A stretch of 42,659 nucleotides of DNA, from NCBI RefSeq assembly GCF_036565765.1, contig NZ_DATCXP010000094.1. The stretch is one strand, 5' to 3'. The notes under the pieces are model-generated. The model was not told the DNA's origin and did not search any database. It was given only the letters and a program-made list of their open reading frames with translations. This document shows positions 28,887-38,509 of this stretch, piece by piece. Source of the stretch: Terrimesophilobacter sp. (GTDB lineage Bacteria > Actinomycetota > Actinomycetes > Actinomycetales > Microbacteriaceae). The position numbers and the translations under genes were made by a program. The number at the start of each line of letters is the position of its first letter. Position 1 is the stretch's first letter.

Positions 28887-30248
28887 TTACTCTGCTGCGT
28901 CGTCCATGCGCTCCAGGAGCAGTTCCGACGATCGTTCGACGTGGGCGCGGACGATTTCGGCAGCGAGGTCTCCGTCGCCGGAACGCAGGAGTGCGACGAT
29001 CTCGGCGTGCTCCTGGGCGAACGTCTTGCGATCCTGACGATTGCCGACGGCGAATGCGACTCGCCCGAAGCCGAATGTGCGCTCGCGCAGATCGTCTCCG
29101 GCTTCCAGGAGCACCCTGTTGCGTGAGGCGATCGCGATGCCACGGTGGAGTGCCGAGTTGACGGCGGCGCGGTGGGTGTTGTCGTTCGCCCTCAGCGCCG
29201 CGACATCCTCGACCACCAGCGCGTCAAGCCTGTCGAGCTCCTCGTCGGAGATCCGGATCGCGGCGAGGCGCGCCGCCTCGGCGTCGAGGGCCTTGCGGAT
29301 CTCGCACTCCTGGATGAACTCCTCCCGAGACGTGCGATGCACCACGAGACTTCCGCGCGCGTCACGGTCGAGGTATTCCTCCACCTCGAGCCGGCGCAGA
29401 GCCTGTCGCGCGGTGGTTCTGCTGACGTGGAGAGAGTCGGCGCTGGACGACTCGGTGAGCACCATTCCGGCAGGGAGTCCGCCGGACAGAACCGCTTCCT
29501 TGAGCTCGCCGTAGGCCCGGTCGGCCAGGGACGGGCGTGCCGGCGTGCCGCGCGGGTCCTCCGCGGCGAGCATGCCGCCCTGCCCGGAACGCGGGATCAA
29601 CTTCAGCAGCAGCTCCATGTGCTCGCGCATCGTGCTCTCGGCGCGAGCGGGGTCGCCGTCCGTGATCGCCGAGATGATGCGCTCGTGGCCGGAGGCGAGC
29701 AGGCTTTCCTCCGCCGAGTCCCCATAGGCGTGCACACCCTCCCTGGCGAGCCGGTCGACGAACTGGTCGATGAGTCTGGCCAGCGGCCTGCTGTTCGCCG
29801 CGCCGGCCACCGACTTGTGGAACCGTCGGTCGGCGGCGGGCGAGGAGTGCTCCGGGGTGAGCCCGGGATCGCGGAGCATTTCTTCACGAGCGCTCTGGTC
29901 TCGGGATGCAGCCCAGGAGGCGGAGAGCGGCTCGAGCACCAGGCGCACCTGATAGTGGTCGATGATCTCCCGGGTGTTGAACCGGCGGAGCATGTATCCG
30001 CCCGAACTGTGATCGGTGACCAGCCCGACCAGGGACAGCCGCTGCAGCGCCTCTCGCACGGGAGTACGGCTCATCTGCAGGCGCTCAGCGAGATCCTCCT
30101 CTACGAGCTGGTCGAGCGCGGCGAGCTCGCCACCGGGCAGGAGTCCTTCGCGCAGCCGATCGAATGCCTGCTCGGCCAGGAGGGACCGGCCATCGGCGGT
30201 TTCCCTCACCGGGGACGCGGAATCGGACTCTTCCTTCATGATCACCAT
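28887..30248 (-). CDS. Tandem double GntR-FCD transcriptional regulator
   Basis: Two wHTH motifs (LAERLQMSRTPVREAL; SADSLHVSRTTARQAL), each followed by an FCD domain (DRRFH..GHERII..EH; NSALH..EHAEIV..AH). Start 30248 or 30239. Confidence 0.88.
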   Translation of the reverse strand: MVIMKEESDSASPVRETADGRSLLAEQAFDRLREGLLPGGELAALDQLVEEDLAERLQMSRTPVREALQRLSLVGLVTDHSSGGYMLRRFNTREIIDHYQVRLVLEPLSASWAASRDQSAREEMLRDPGLTPEHSSPAADRRFHKSVAGAANSRPLARLIDQFVDRLAREGVHAYGDSAEESLLASGHERIISAITDGDPARAESTMREHMELLLKLIPRSGQGGMLAAEDPRGTPARPSLADRAYGELKEAVLSGGLPAGMVLTESSSADSLHVSRTTARQALRRLEVEEYLDRDARGSLVVHRTSREEFIQECEIRKALDAEAARLAAIRISDEELDRLDALVVEDVAALRANDNTHRAAVNSALHRGIAIASRNRVLLEAGDDLRERTFGFGRVAFAVGNRQDRKTFAQEHAEIVALLRSGDGDLAAEIVRAHVERSSELLLERMDDAAE

Positions 30249-30329
30249 GGTATCCGAAATGCATGATCTACAGTGATATTGAGTTGAATGATTTTGGCAG
30301 TTTTAGAAAAACCGCAGATCAGAGCCCTG

Positions 30330-30363
30330 TTGACATCCGATGACGTTTCCGGCTACGGTATAC
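30330..30363 (+). promoter_or_regulatory. Sigma-A-like promoter with overlapping GTATAC palindrome
   Basis: TTGACA (30330-30335)-N18-TACGGT (30354-30359); GTATAC at 30358-30363; AT-rich divergent intergenic region. Confidence 0.65.
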
Positions 30364-30386
30364 AAAATGTTGATTTGGAGTTGACA

Positions 30387-31805
30387 GTGTCGTCTTACTT
30401 GCTGACAAACGGCTACGTCGTTACCGTTGACGCGGAACGCCGCGTGCTCCCCGGTGGCTGGGTGCGCGTGGAAGGCGACTCGATCAGCGCGATCGGCTCG
30501 GCCGAGGAAGTGCCGGTCCCGGCAGACCGCACGCTCGACATGCGAGGCATGGTCGTCATGCCCGGGCTCATCAACGGTCACAACCATCACTGGGGATCGT
30601 TGTTCAAGAACACCGGGGACGGGCTCCTGCTGGAGCCCTGGCTCGACCAGGTCACACTCCCCCTCAAGGCCGTGCTGACTCCCGAGGACCTCCGCACCGC
30701 CTCCTACCTCGGTGTGCTGGAGCAACTGCGCACCGGAACGACGTGCTCGCTCAATCACCTCAACAACGAGAACGACGAGGAGAACATCCGGGCGATCATC
30801 GAGCCCGTGCTCGAGCTCGGCGGGCGCCAGCTGATCGCCAAGGAACTGCGGGACACCCCCAACCCGGTGTTCTCGACCGCCTACCCGCCCCACGAATACT
30901 CGCGCAGTCGTGAAGAGGAGCTCGCTCTCGCGGAGCATCTGGTGCGCCAGTGGGACGGGGCGGAGGGAAGAATCCACATGGGGCTGGCCATCGAGACCGG
31001 CGCGATGTGGCTCCTGCACAACTCGACGTCCGATGAGATCATCCAGGGCGGCGTCGAGCTCGCGCAACGGTACAACCTGCGGATCACCAACCACTGCTCC
31101 GCCGGCACATCCTGGCTCTCGATCAAGGAGCTGCGCGACATGACGGGCGGCGGGGATGTCGACTACCTCGTCCGGGTCGGCGCGCTGGTGTCGAACTGGG
31201 TCATGGCCCACTGCCTGTGGCTGACCGATCGTGAGATCGATCACATGGCGCGGGCCGGGGCGAGCGCCGTATCGAATCCGGTCAGCAACGCCTACAGCGC
31301 CGATGGGATCGCCCCGCTGCGAAGGATGTTCGATGCCGGGATCAACGTCGGGCTCGGCACCGACGGCGCCTACGTCAACTGCTCACCCGACATGGTCGAG
31401 CAGATGAAGTTCGCCATCCTCATCCAGAACGTCACGCACCTGGACCCGGCATTCATGACCGCGGAACGGGCCATCGAAATGGCGACCATCGGCAGCGCCA
31501 AGGCGCTCGGCCTCGACCACCTCATCGGATCCCTCGAGGTCGGCAAACGCGCGGACATCGTCGCGTTCGACCTCGATCGGACGCACATCACCGTGCCCAA
31601 CCGCCCGGTGTCCGCCCTCGTCTTCTCCGCCCACGGCACCGACGTCGACACGGTGATGGTGAACGGGCGCTTGTTGCTTCGCGATGGCGAACTCGTCGAG
31701 TTCGCGGGCGAGAAGGAGCTCCGGGCGGAGGCCAGGGGGCGCGCGGCGGACGCCATTCAGCGTGCGGGCATCGGCCATCGCATCGCGGAGCACTGGCGCC
31801 GCTGA
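30387..31805 (+). CDS. Amidohydrolase family protein (MTA/SAH deaminase/AtzA-like fold)
   Basis: MPGLINGHNH, RTGTT, AHC, NPVSN, LGTDG and GSLEVGKRAD; GTG start after GGAG. Confidence 0.88.
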   Translation: MSSYLLTNGYVVTVDAERRVLPGGWVRVEGDSISAIGSAEEVPVPADRTLDMRGMVVMPGLINGHNHHWGSLFKNTGDGLLLEPWLDQVTLPLKAVLTPEDLRTASYLGVLEQLRTGTTCSLNHLNNENDEENIRAIIEPVLELGGRQLIAKELRDTPNPVFSTAYPPHEYSRSREEELALAEHLVRQWDGAEGRIHMGLAIETGAMWLLHNSTSDEIIQGGVELAQRYNLRITNHCSAGTSWLSIKELRDMTGGGDVDYLVRVGALVSNWVMAHCLWLTDREIDHMARAGASAVSNPVSNAYSADGIAPLRRMFDAGINVGLGTDGAYVNCSPDMVEQMKFAILIQNVTHLDPAFMTAERAIEMATIGSAKALGLDHLIGSLEVGKRADIVAFDLDRTHITVPNRPVSALVFSAHGTDVDTVMVNGRLLLRDGELVEFAGEKELRAEARGRAADAIQRAGIGHRIAEHWRR

Positions 31806-31849
31806 GATTGCACCACTCGATCACATCCCAACGAACAAAAGGAGAGGCA

Positions 31850-32857
31850 ATGAAGAATCGTTTTCCGCTCGCCGTGGCTCTGATCGGAGCCCTGGCACTG
31901 ACCGCCTGCGCAGGGCCGGCACCAGAAGGACCCCCTAAGGGCGATGGGAAGGACGCACTTCGCGTCGCCGTCATCCTGCCGGGCGAGACAACCGACCAGG
32001 GGTTCAACACCACCGGGGAACAAACCATCGCGCTGCTCAAGGACGAGTTCGGTGCTGACACGACGCTCACCGAGAGCGTCAACCCGGCACAGCAGCTCGA
32101 CGTCTACCGGCAGTACGCCCAGCAGGGCTACGACCTCGTGGTCGGCTGGGGCGGACAGTTCAGCGACGGCGCCGTCGCCGCAGCGGAGGAGTTCCCGAAC
32201 ACCAAGTTCCTCGTCGTCAGCAGCGGGGTGGAGAACGGGAGCAACCTCGCCTCCTACGACACCGCGCTGGAAGACTGGCACTTCGTCGCCGGCTACCTGA
32301 TGGCGAAGGTGTCGAAGACCGGCGTCGTCGGCCAGGTCAGCGGCCAGTGCTTCGCGAGCACGGCTTCGGGACAGAACGGAACGCGGGACGGCGCCAAGTA
32401 CGCCAACCCGAATGTCAAGTGGCTCGCGACGTACACGGGTGACTTCGAGGACCCGACCAAGGCACAGCAGGCCGCCCAGGCCATGATCGATCAGGGCGCC
32501 GACGTCCTGGCGACCAACCTCAACCAGGGTGTGTTCGGAGTCGTTCAGGCCGCCAAGGCGAACAAGGGCGTCCGCGTCGTCACCGAGTGGCTCGACAACA
32601 GCGCGACCGCGCCTGACGTCATCATCTCCAGCGTCGACAAGTCCTACGCCCGCTTCGTCGGTGTGAAGGTCAAGCAGATCATCGACGGCACCTGGAAGGG
32701 CGACCACGAGCGGTTCTACCTGCCGGCTGACTGGGGCCCCGCCCTGTTCAAGACGAGCTCGCTGTCCGACGCCATCTACAAGGAGGCCATGGACGTCCAG
32801 GCGAAGATCGCCAGCGGAGCGATCGACGTGATCCGGGACGAAACCTGCCCCGGTTGA
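31850..32857 (+). CDS. BMP-family ABC substrate-binding lipoprotein (nucleoside/nucleobase type)
   Basis: Lipobox LTAC, DQGFN, GYDLVVG.G.QF, GDFEDP and IDQGADV; GGAGAGG RBS. Confidence 0.9.
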   Translation: MKNRFPLAVALIGALALTACAGPAPEGPPKGDGKDALRVAVILPGETTDQGFNTTGEQTIALLKDEFGADTTLTESVNPAQQLDVYRQYAQQGYDLVVGWGGQFSDGAVAAAEEFPNTKFLVVSSGVENGSNLASYDTALEDWHFVAGYLMAKVSKTGVVGQVSGQCFASTASGQNGTRDGAKYANPNVKWLATYTGDFEDPTKAQQAAQAMIDQGADVLATNLNQGVFGVVQAAKANKGVRVVTEWLDNSATAPDVIISSVDKSYARFVGVKVKQIIDGTWKGDHERFYLPADWGPALFKTSSLSDAIYKEAMDVQAKIASGAIDVIRDETCPG

Positions 32858-32871
32858 TCTGAAGAACCAAC

Positions 32872-32920
32872 GGTACGGTCGGTCCCCGCGCGCGACCAGC
32901 GCCGGCGGACCGGCCGTACC
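32872..32920. terminator. Stem-loop after the binding-protein gene (mRNA stabiliser)
   Basis: ggtacggtcggtcc ... ggaccggccgtacc, 14-bp stem with one G-U pair. Confidence 0.6.
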
Positions 32921-32981
32921 ACCTCGTACCCGGATTGAGTCAAAAGGAGAAGCACGTGAATTCCCACGATCGGAGCTCGGC

Positions 32982-34523
32982 ATGTCCGGCCTGAGTGAAG
33001 GCGGCTCTGGGCAGCCGCTGCTCGTAGCCGAACAGATCACCAAGTCGTACCCCGGTGTTGTCGCGAATCACGAAGTGTCGATCGACCTCCGGAAGGGGGA
33101 GATCCACGCCGTGCTCGGCGAGAACGGTGCCGGTAAGACGACCTTGATGGCCATCATCTACGGCCTCGCCCGACCCGATTCCGGAACGGTCTACCTCGAG
33201 GGCTCCGCGCTGACCCTCAATAGCCCGAAGGATGCGCTGAGCCACGGCATCGGCTTCGTGCAGCAGCACTTCTCCCTGATTCCGACCCTGACCGTCGCGC
33301 AGAACATCGTGCTCTCACTGAGCAACGGCGGCCAACGGGTCTCTCTTCGGGAGGGCTCAGCCCGGGCACGGGAACTTTCTCTGAAATACGGATTGGACGT
33401 GCCGCCGGACAGCCTCGTGTCCTCGCTCAGCATCGGGATGCAACAGCGTGTCGAGCTGCTCAAGGCACTGGCCAGCAATGCGCGCGTGCTCATCCTCGAC
33501 GAGCCGACATCGGTTCTGACGCCGCAGGAGAGCCAGGAACTTACCGCGGTGCTCGCCCGGCTCGCCGGCGACGGCGTCGGAATCTTCCTGATTTCGCACA
33601 AGCTGGAAGAGGTGCTGCGCATCGCGGATCGGATCAGCGTGCTGCGCCGCGGCCGCATGGTCGGCACCGTCGAAGCCGCTTCGGCCAGCCAGGCCTCTTT
33701 GGCGGAGATGATGGTCGGACAGCTGGCCGCCGCCCCTCCCGCTTCCCGCACCACCGGTGCACGCACCTCGACACCGCGACTCGTCGCCGACACCGTCGTC
33801 GTCAAGACAGAAGGCATGCGAGGCGACATCCACGGGGTGTCCCTCGAGCTGTTCCCCGGTGAGATCCTGGGGATCGCCGGCGTCGAGGGCAGCGGCCAGG
33901 TCGAACTGATCGAAGCACTGGCCGGGGTACGACCGATTCACAGCGGGCAGGTCAGCCTCGACGGGAAGAATATCTCCGGCCGCAGCGTACGTCAGCGGCA
34001 GGACCTCGGAATCGCGCACATCGCCGCGGACCGCCACGCTGCCGGCTTCGTGGCGACGCTGTCGGTCGCCGACAACCTCGTCCTCCCGGTCGCGCATCAT
34101 CGGCCGTTCAGCCGCGCCGGCGTGCTGAAGCCGAAGGAGATCGAGCAGTTCGCTGTGAAGATCATCGAAGACTTCGACATCCGCGTAGCAGGCCCCGACG
34201 TCGCCGCGGGAACGCTGTCCGGCGGGAATCAGCAGCGGGTCGTCGTTGCGCGCGAATTCTCGCGCCGGCCGAGCGTCGTCCTGTCGTGCTTCGCCACACG
34301 AGGGCTGGACTTCGCCTCCATCGCCGCCGTGCACGAGCGCGTGAGGGAGATGCGGGACGGTGGAGCTGCGATAGCGTACGCATCCGTCGATCTCGACGAA
34401 CTCATCGGCCTGTGCGACAGGATCCTGGTGCTCTACCAGGGTCAGGTCGCCGGAACGGTGGATGCCGAAACGGCGACAAGTGAAAAGTTGGGTTTGCTGA
34501 TGGGTGGAGGGGCGTCGCTATGA
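32982..34523 (+). CDS. ABC transporter ATP-binding protein (two-domain, nucleoside/sugar type)
   Basis: GENGAGKT, QQHFSL, LSIGMQQRVE, DEPT, SHKL and LSGGNQQ. Confidence 0.93.
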   Translation: MSGLSEGGSGQPLLVAEQITKSYPGVVANHEVSIDLRKGEIHAVLGENGAGKTTLMAIIYGLARPDSGTVYLEGSALTLNSPKDALSHGIGFVQQHFSLIPTLTVAQNIVLSLSNGGQRVSLREGSARARELSLKYGLDVPPDSLVSSLSIGMQQRVELLKALASNARVLILDEPTSVLTPQESQELTAVLARLAGDGVGIFLISHKLEEVLRIADRISVLRRGRMVGTVEAASASQASLAEMMVGQLAAAPPASRTTGARTSTPRLVADTVVVKTEGMRGDIHGVSLELFPGEILGIAGVEGSGQVELIEALAGVRPIHSGQVSLDGKNISGRSVRQRQDLGIAHIAADRHAAGFVATLSVADNLVLPVAHHRPFSRAGVLKPKEIEQFAVKIIEDFDIRVAGPDVAAGTLSGGNQQRVVVAREFSRRPSVVLSCFATRGLDFASIAAVHERVREMRDGGAAIAYASVDLDELIGLCDRILVLYQGQVAGTVDAETATSEKLGLLMGGGASL

Positions 34524-35671
34524 CTCTCACAATGCGTGGCGTTCTCTCGTCGACAGGGCGCATGGTTCGCCATCGTCGCAGCGTTGTCGAAGGAATTCTC
34601 GTTCCGGTCGTTTCGGTGTTCCTGGCACTCGCGACGGTCGCGATCATCCTGCTCATCGTCGGCGCCAACCCGCTGACCGCGTACGCGAGCATGCTGAACG
34701 CGTCGTTCGGCGACCCGTACTCGGTCAGCAGCACGGTGGTCAAGACCATCCCGCGACTACTGGCCGCACTGGGAATAGCCCTGGCCATCCGGGCAAACCT
34801 CTGGAATATCGGGGCCGAAGGTCAGATCTATATCGGCGGCACTGCCGCGGCAGGTGCCGTGCTCGCCCTGCCCGCCCTTCCCGGCCCCATCGTGCCGCTC
34901 GTGGCCATCGTCGCCGGTGGACTCGCCGGAGCCGCGTGGGGAGCGATTCCCGGCTTCCTGCGCGCTCGCCGCGGGATCAACGAGGTCATCACCTCACTCA
35001 TGCTGGTATACGTCGGGATCCAAGTGACCCAGTACCTGCTCGAGGGTCCCTGGGCCGTCCCCTTGTCGACGTTCCCGGCCACCGCGCCGTTCGAGCCGTA
35101 CGCGAAACTGCCGATATTGATTCCCGGCACCATCCTGAACGCCGGGGTGTTCGTGGCGATTCTCGCGGTCGCGGTGACCTGGTTCCTGGTCAATCGAACT
35201 CACTTCGGCCTTGACCTGAGGTCGCTCGGAGGCAACGAGAAGACCTCGGCGTTCCTGGGGATCCGCGTCAAATTGATGATCGTGGCGACCATGGCGATCA
35301 GTGGCGCCTTCGCGGGTGTTGCGGGCGCCGTCGAAGTGGTCGGGGTTCGCGGGCGTTTGATCGAGGGCTTCTCCCCCGGGTTCGGATTCGAGGCGATCGC
35401 CATCGCGCTGCTCGGACGACTTCACCCCATCGGTATGGTCGCGGCTGCCCTGCTGTTCGGTGCGCTGGACGCCGGCGGCGCGGGTCTGCAGACCAGTGCC
35501 CGCGGCGTGAGCTCCGCCATCGTCATGGTCGCCGCAGGACTGAGCGTCGGCTATGTCCTCATCGGCATGGGCGCCATGGAGCGCCGCAACAAGCGGCGGA
35601 AAGCCAGAGCAGCGCTGGAACGAGTGGAATCCGCGACCACAACGGTCGACGACGGAAAGGCATCACGATGA
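34520..35671 (+). CDS. ABC transporter permease (nucleoside type)
   Basis: NIGAEGQ, INEVITSLML and GFEAIAIALLG. Confidence 0.92.
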   Translation: MTLTMRGVLSSTGRMVRHRRSVVEGILVPVVSVFLALATVAIILLIVGANPLTAYASMLNASFGDPYSVSSTVVKTIPRLLAALGIALAIRANLWNIGAEGQIYIGGTAAAGAVLALPALPGPIVPLVAIVAGGLAGAAWGAIPGFLRARRGINEVITSLMLVYVGIQVTQYLLEGPWAVPLSTFPATAPFEPYAKLPILIPGTILNAGVFVAILAVAVTWFLVNRTHFGLDLRSLGGNEKTSAFLGIRVKLMIVATMAISGAFAGVAGAVEVVGVRGRLIEGFSPGFGFEAIAIALLGRLHPIGMVAAALLFGALDAGGAGLQTSARGVSSAIVMVAAGLSVGYVLIGMGAMERRNKRRKARAALERVESATTTVDDGKASR

Positions 35672-36585
35672 CCATTGACTGGTTCTTCCTCCTGCTGGTT
35701 GCCGCGGTGGCGCTCGCCGCACCGCTCCTGTTCGCGGCACTGGGCGAGCTGATCTCCGAAACCGCCGGCGTCATCAACATCCAGCTCGAGGGGATGATGC
35801 TGGTCGGTGCCTTCACAGGCATCGTTGGCGCTTTGGTCTCCGGCGACATCTTCGTGGCGTTCCTCGCCGCCATCGCAGGCGGTGCTCTCGTCGCGGCGAT
35901 CCAGGGAGTGGCGTGTTTCGTCTTCGGGGCTAATCAAGTGGTCGCCGGAATCGTGCTGAACATCCTGGCGCTCGGCGCAACGACGTTCCTGCTCGTATCG
36001 GCTCTCGGCGCCGACGTCACGCGTTCCGTGGTGACGCTCAAGCCGATAGTGATTCCGCTGCTCTCAGACATCCCCTGGATCGGCCGCGCGTTGTTCGCGC
36101 AGAACGCCGTCGTCTACCTGGCCTACCTCGGGGTTCCCGCCGTATGGTGGTTGCTCACGCGCACCCGGTTCGGCCTCGCGCTGAAGGCGGTGGGCGAGCG
36201 CCCGGCGGCGGCGGAGTCCATGGGTGTGAGCGTCTACCGCTCCCGCTGGTGGGCGCTGCTGATCTGCGGCGCCCTGGCCGGTATCGGTGGCGGCCTTCTG
36301 ACGCTCGGTGGCTTGGGAGTCTTCACGCCGAACATCACGAAGGGCATCGGCTTCATCGCCCTGGCTGCAGTCATCTTCGGGCGCTGGAAGCCATGGGGCA
36401 CGTTCGGCGCGGTGATGCTGTTCAGCCTCGTCGACGCGTTCCAGATCCGCGCGCAGGCGCTCGGTCTGCCGATCCCGTACCAGTTGCTCGTCACCCTGCC
36501 GTACCTCGTCACGATCATCGCCCTGGCCGTGTTCGTGTCGCACATGCGGCCGCCGTCGGCGCTGGCCGTCAACTACGAGAGATAG
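35668..36585 (+). CDS. ABC transporter permease (nucleoside type)
   Basis: ALGELISETAGVINIQLEG, GFIALAAVIFGRWKP and LPYLVT. Confidence 0.92.
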   Translation: MTIDWFFLLLVAAVALAAPLLFAALGELISETAGVINIQLEGMMLVGAFTGIVGALVSGDIFVAFLAAIAGGALVAAIQGVACFVFGANQVVAGIVLNILALGATTFLLVSALGADVTRSVVTLKPIVIPLLSDIPWIGRALFAQNAVVYLAYLGVPAVWWLLTRTRFGLALKAVGERPAAAESMGVSVYRSRWWALLICGALAGIGGGLLTLGGLGVFTPNITKGIGFIALAAVIFGRWKPWGTFGAVMLFSLVDAFQIRAQALGLPIPYQLLVTLPYLVTIIALAVFVSHMRPPSALAVNYER

Positions 36586-36601
36586 AGAAAGGTACGAGCC
36601 G

Positions 36602-37753
36602 ATGACGCAGCTCAATCGTGAGAGCGTTCGCGAATCCATCGTCACGACGCTGGACGACCGTCACCTGTGGCTGCGTGAGCTCAGCCACGCCGTCTGGGCG
36701 TGCAACGACCTGGGTTGGGAAGAGCGGCCTGCGGTCGCCGCGATCCTGGCTCATGCCAGGGAGCTGGGAGGTCCCATCGACATCGAGGAGGGGATCGGCG
36801 GCTTCGAGACGGCGTTCCGCATCACCCTCGACACCGGCAGGCCAGGGCCGCACGTCGCGACCATGGCGGAGTACGACGCGGTTGCCGGTCTTGGGCAGGC
36901 CTGCGGGCACAACCTGATCTCCACGGCCACGATCGGCGCGCTCACCGGACTGCTGCCGAGCATTGACAGTCTGAACGGCAAGTTCACGGTGTTCGGCACC
37001 CCGGCCGAGGAGACGGCGGGCGGAAAAATGTACATGGAGGACGCCGGACTGTTCGAAGGGCTGGATGCGCTGCTGATGTTCCACCCCAAGGACATCAGCA
37101 CGGTCGGCCAGCGGTCGCTGACCATGCTTCCCCTGGTGATCGAGTTCTCCGGGCACTCCGTGCACGCCGCCGCATTCCCGCACCGCGGGCGCAATGCGCT
37201 GGACGCGTTCGTGAACATGTATGTGTCCATCAGCACGATGCGGCAGCAGCTGCACATGGATGCGCGGATCCACGGGATCGTGACCGACGGCGGAGTCACG
37301 CCCGCGAACATCCCGGACTTCGTGCGTGCGGAGTACGTGTGCCGGGCCATAGAACGCAGCTACGCGGAAGAGCTGATCGAGCGCGTGAAGACGTGCGCTC
37401 GGGCGGCCGCCGAGGCGGCGCAGTGCGAGGTCGCCTTCCCGGAGCCGGAACGGCTGGCCTACGAGTCGGTGATCCCCGACACCGAACTGTGCGACGTGAT
37501 GCGCGAGGCCGCGGCATTCGTGAACGTGCAGCTTGTCGAGGATGAGCCAGTGCTCTGGGCCTCCAACGACTCCGGGCGGATCAGCCAGCGCGTGCCGACC
37601 GCGCCGCTGTCGCTGTCGATCGGAACACCGCCGCTCGGCGAGCACAGCCACGAGTTCCGGGAGGCGGCCGGTTCGCCGGACGGCGACCGGGCATTCTCCG
37701 ACGCGTCGAAGATCCTCGCGCTGACCGCTGCCGACCTCATGCTCTCCCGCTGA
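36602..37753 (+). CDS. M20 family amidohydrolase (ACY1L2/AbgB-like)
   Basis: AEYDA, ACGHNLI, GTPAEE..GGK, FHP, GRNALDA and GG..ANIP. Confidence 0.88.
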   Translation: MTQLNRESVRESIVTTLDDRHLWLRELSHAVWACNDLGWEERPAVAAILAHARELGGPIDIEEGIGGFETAFRITLDTGRPGPHVATMAEYDAVAGLGQACGHNLISTATIGALTGLLPSIDSLNGKFTVFGTPAEETAGGKMYMEDAGLFEGLDALLMFHPKDISTVGQRSLTMLPLVIEFSGHSVHAAAFPHRGRNALDAFVNMYVSISTMRQQLHMDARIHGIVTDGGVTPANIPDFVRAEYVCRAIERSYAEELIERVKTCARAAAEAAQCEVAFPEPERLAYESVIPDTELCDVMREAAAFVNVQLVEDEPVLWASNDSGRISQRVPTAPLSLSIGTPPLGEHSHEFREAAGSPDGDRAFSDASKILALTAADLMLSR

Positions 37754-37804
37754 CGGATCGATCACGGGACGCGAACGGTGACTCACCGGCTGCGCACGGA
37801 GGCG

Positions 37805-38467
37805 TCACCGGATTCTCCCGGCCGTGTTGGCCCTCTCGAGCGCCTCGAGCGTCATCTCGAGGTGATGCTTCGTGATGCGCTCGGCCGTGTCGACATCCCC
37901 CGACGCGAACGCACTGAGCAGGTCATGGTGTTCCCGATTGGATGTCAGCCGGATGCCGGGGTCGGCGAGCAAGGAGAGACCGACGAACGGCGCGGCTGCG
38001 GCGCGCAGCATGTCCAGGATGCGGGACATCCAGCTGTCGGATGCGGTCATGAGCAATTCGTGGAACAGCTGATTGTGCTCGAGCCACTCGGAGACCTCGG
38101 CCGTCTTGTCCATGACGGTCAGCAGCTCGGTCGCCTTCTCGATCACGTCGGGGCGCAGCTCGTCGATCGCCTTGCCCACCGCCAGGGGCTCGATGAGGAT
38201 TCTGAGCCGGTAGAGCTCCCGGGCATCGCCGATGCTCAGTCTGCGAATGGTGGCACCGGCGTGCGCAACCATCTCCACCATGCCCTCGCTCTGCAGCCGG
38301 CGCAGCGCCTCCCGCACGGGGGTGACGCTCACGCCCAGACGCTCAGCGCAATCCGCCTGCACCAGCCGCTCGCCCGGCTCAAGGAGCCCGGCGAGGATGT
38401 CCGTTCTCAGCGCGTGGTAGACGAACTGTTCGGACGTCGGCGGGCGCTCGGAAGCTCGTACCTGCAT
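37805..38467 (-). CDS. GntR family regulator (FCD)
   Basis: PGERL...AERLGVSVTPVREAL..L.SEG, NQLFH and EHHDLL. Confidence 0.92.
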   Translation of the reverse strand: MQVRASERPPTSEQFVYHALRTDILAGLLEPGERLVQADCAERLGVSVTPVREALRRLQSEGMVEMVAHAGATIRRLSIGDARELYRLRILIEPLAVGKAIDELRPDVIEKATELLTVMDKTAEVSEWLEHNQLFHELLMTASDSWMSRILDMLRAAAAPFVGLSLLADPGIRLTSNREHHDLLSAFASGDVDTAERITKHHLEMTLEALERANTAGRIR

Positions 38468-38509
38468 GCATGCTCCCTTCGCGAGGAATCGTATTCCCCT
38501 GTCATGGCA

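Noticed and set aside
32944-32994. 12-codon ORF (GTG 32956) with a strong AGGAG RBS overlapping the ABC ATPase start
   Set aside because: The ATPase has its own GGAG and ATG at 32982 with an intact domain. A leader peptide or a frameshifted original start cannot be supported without reads or homologs.
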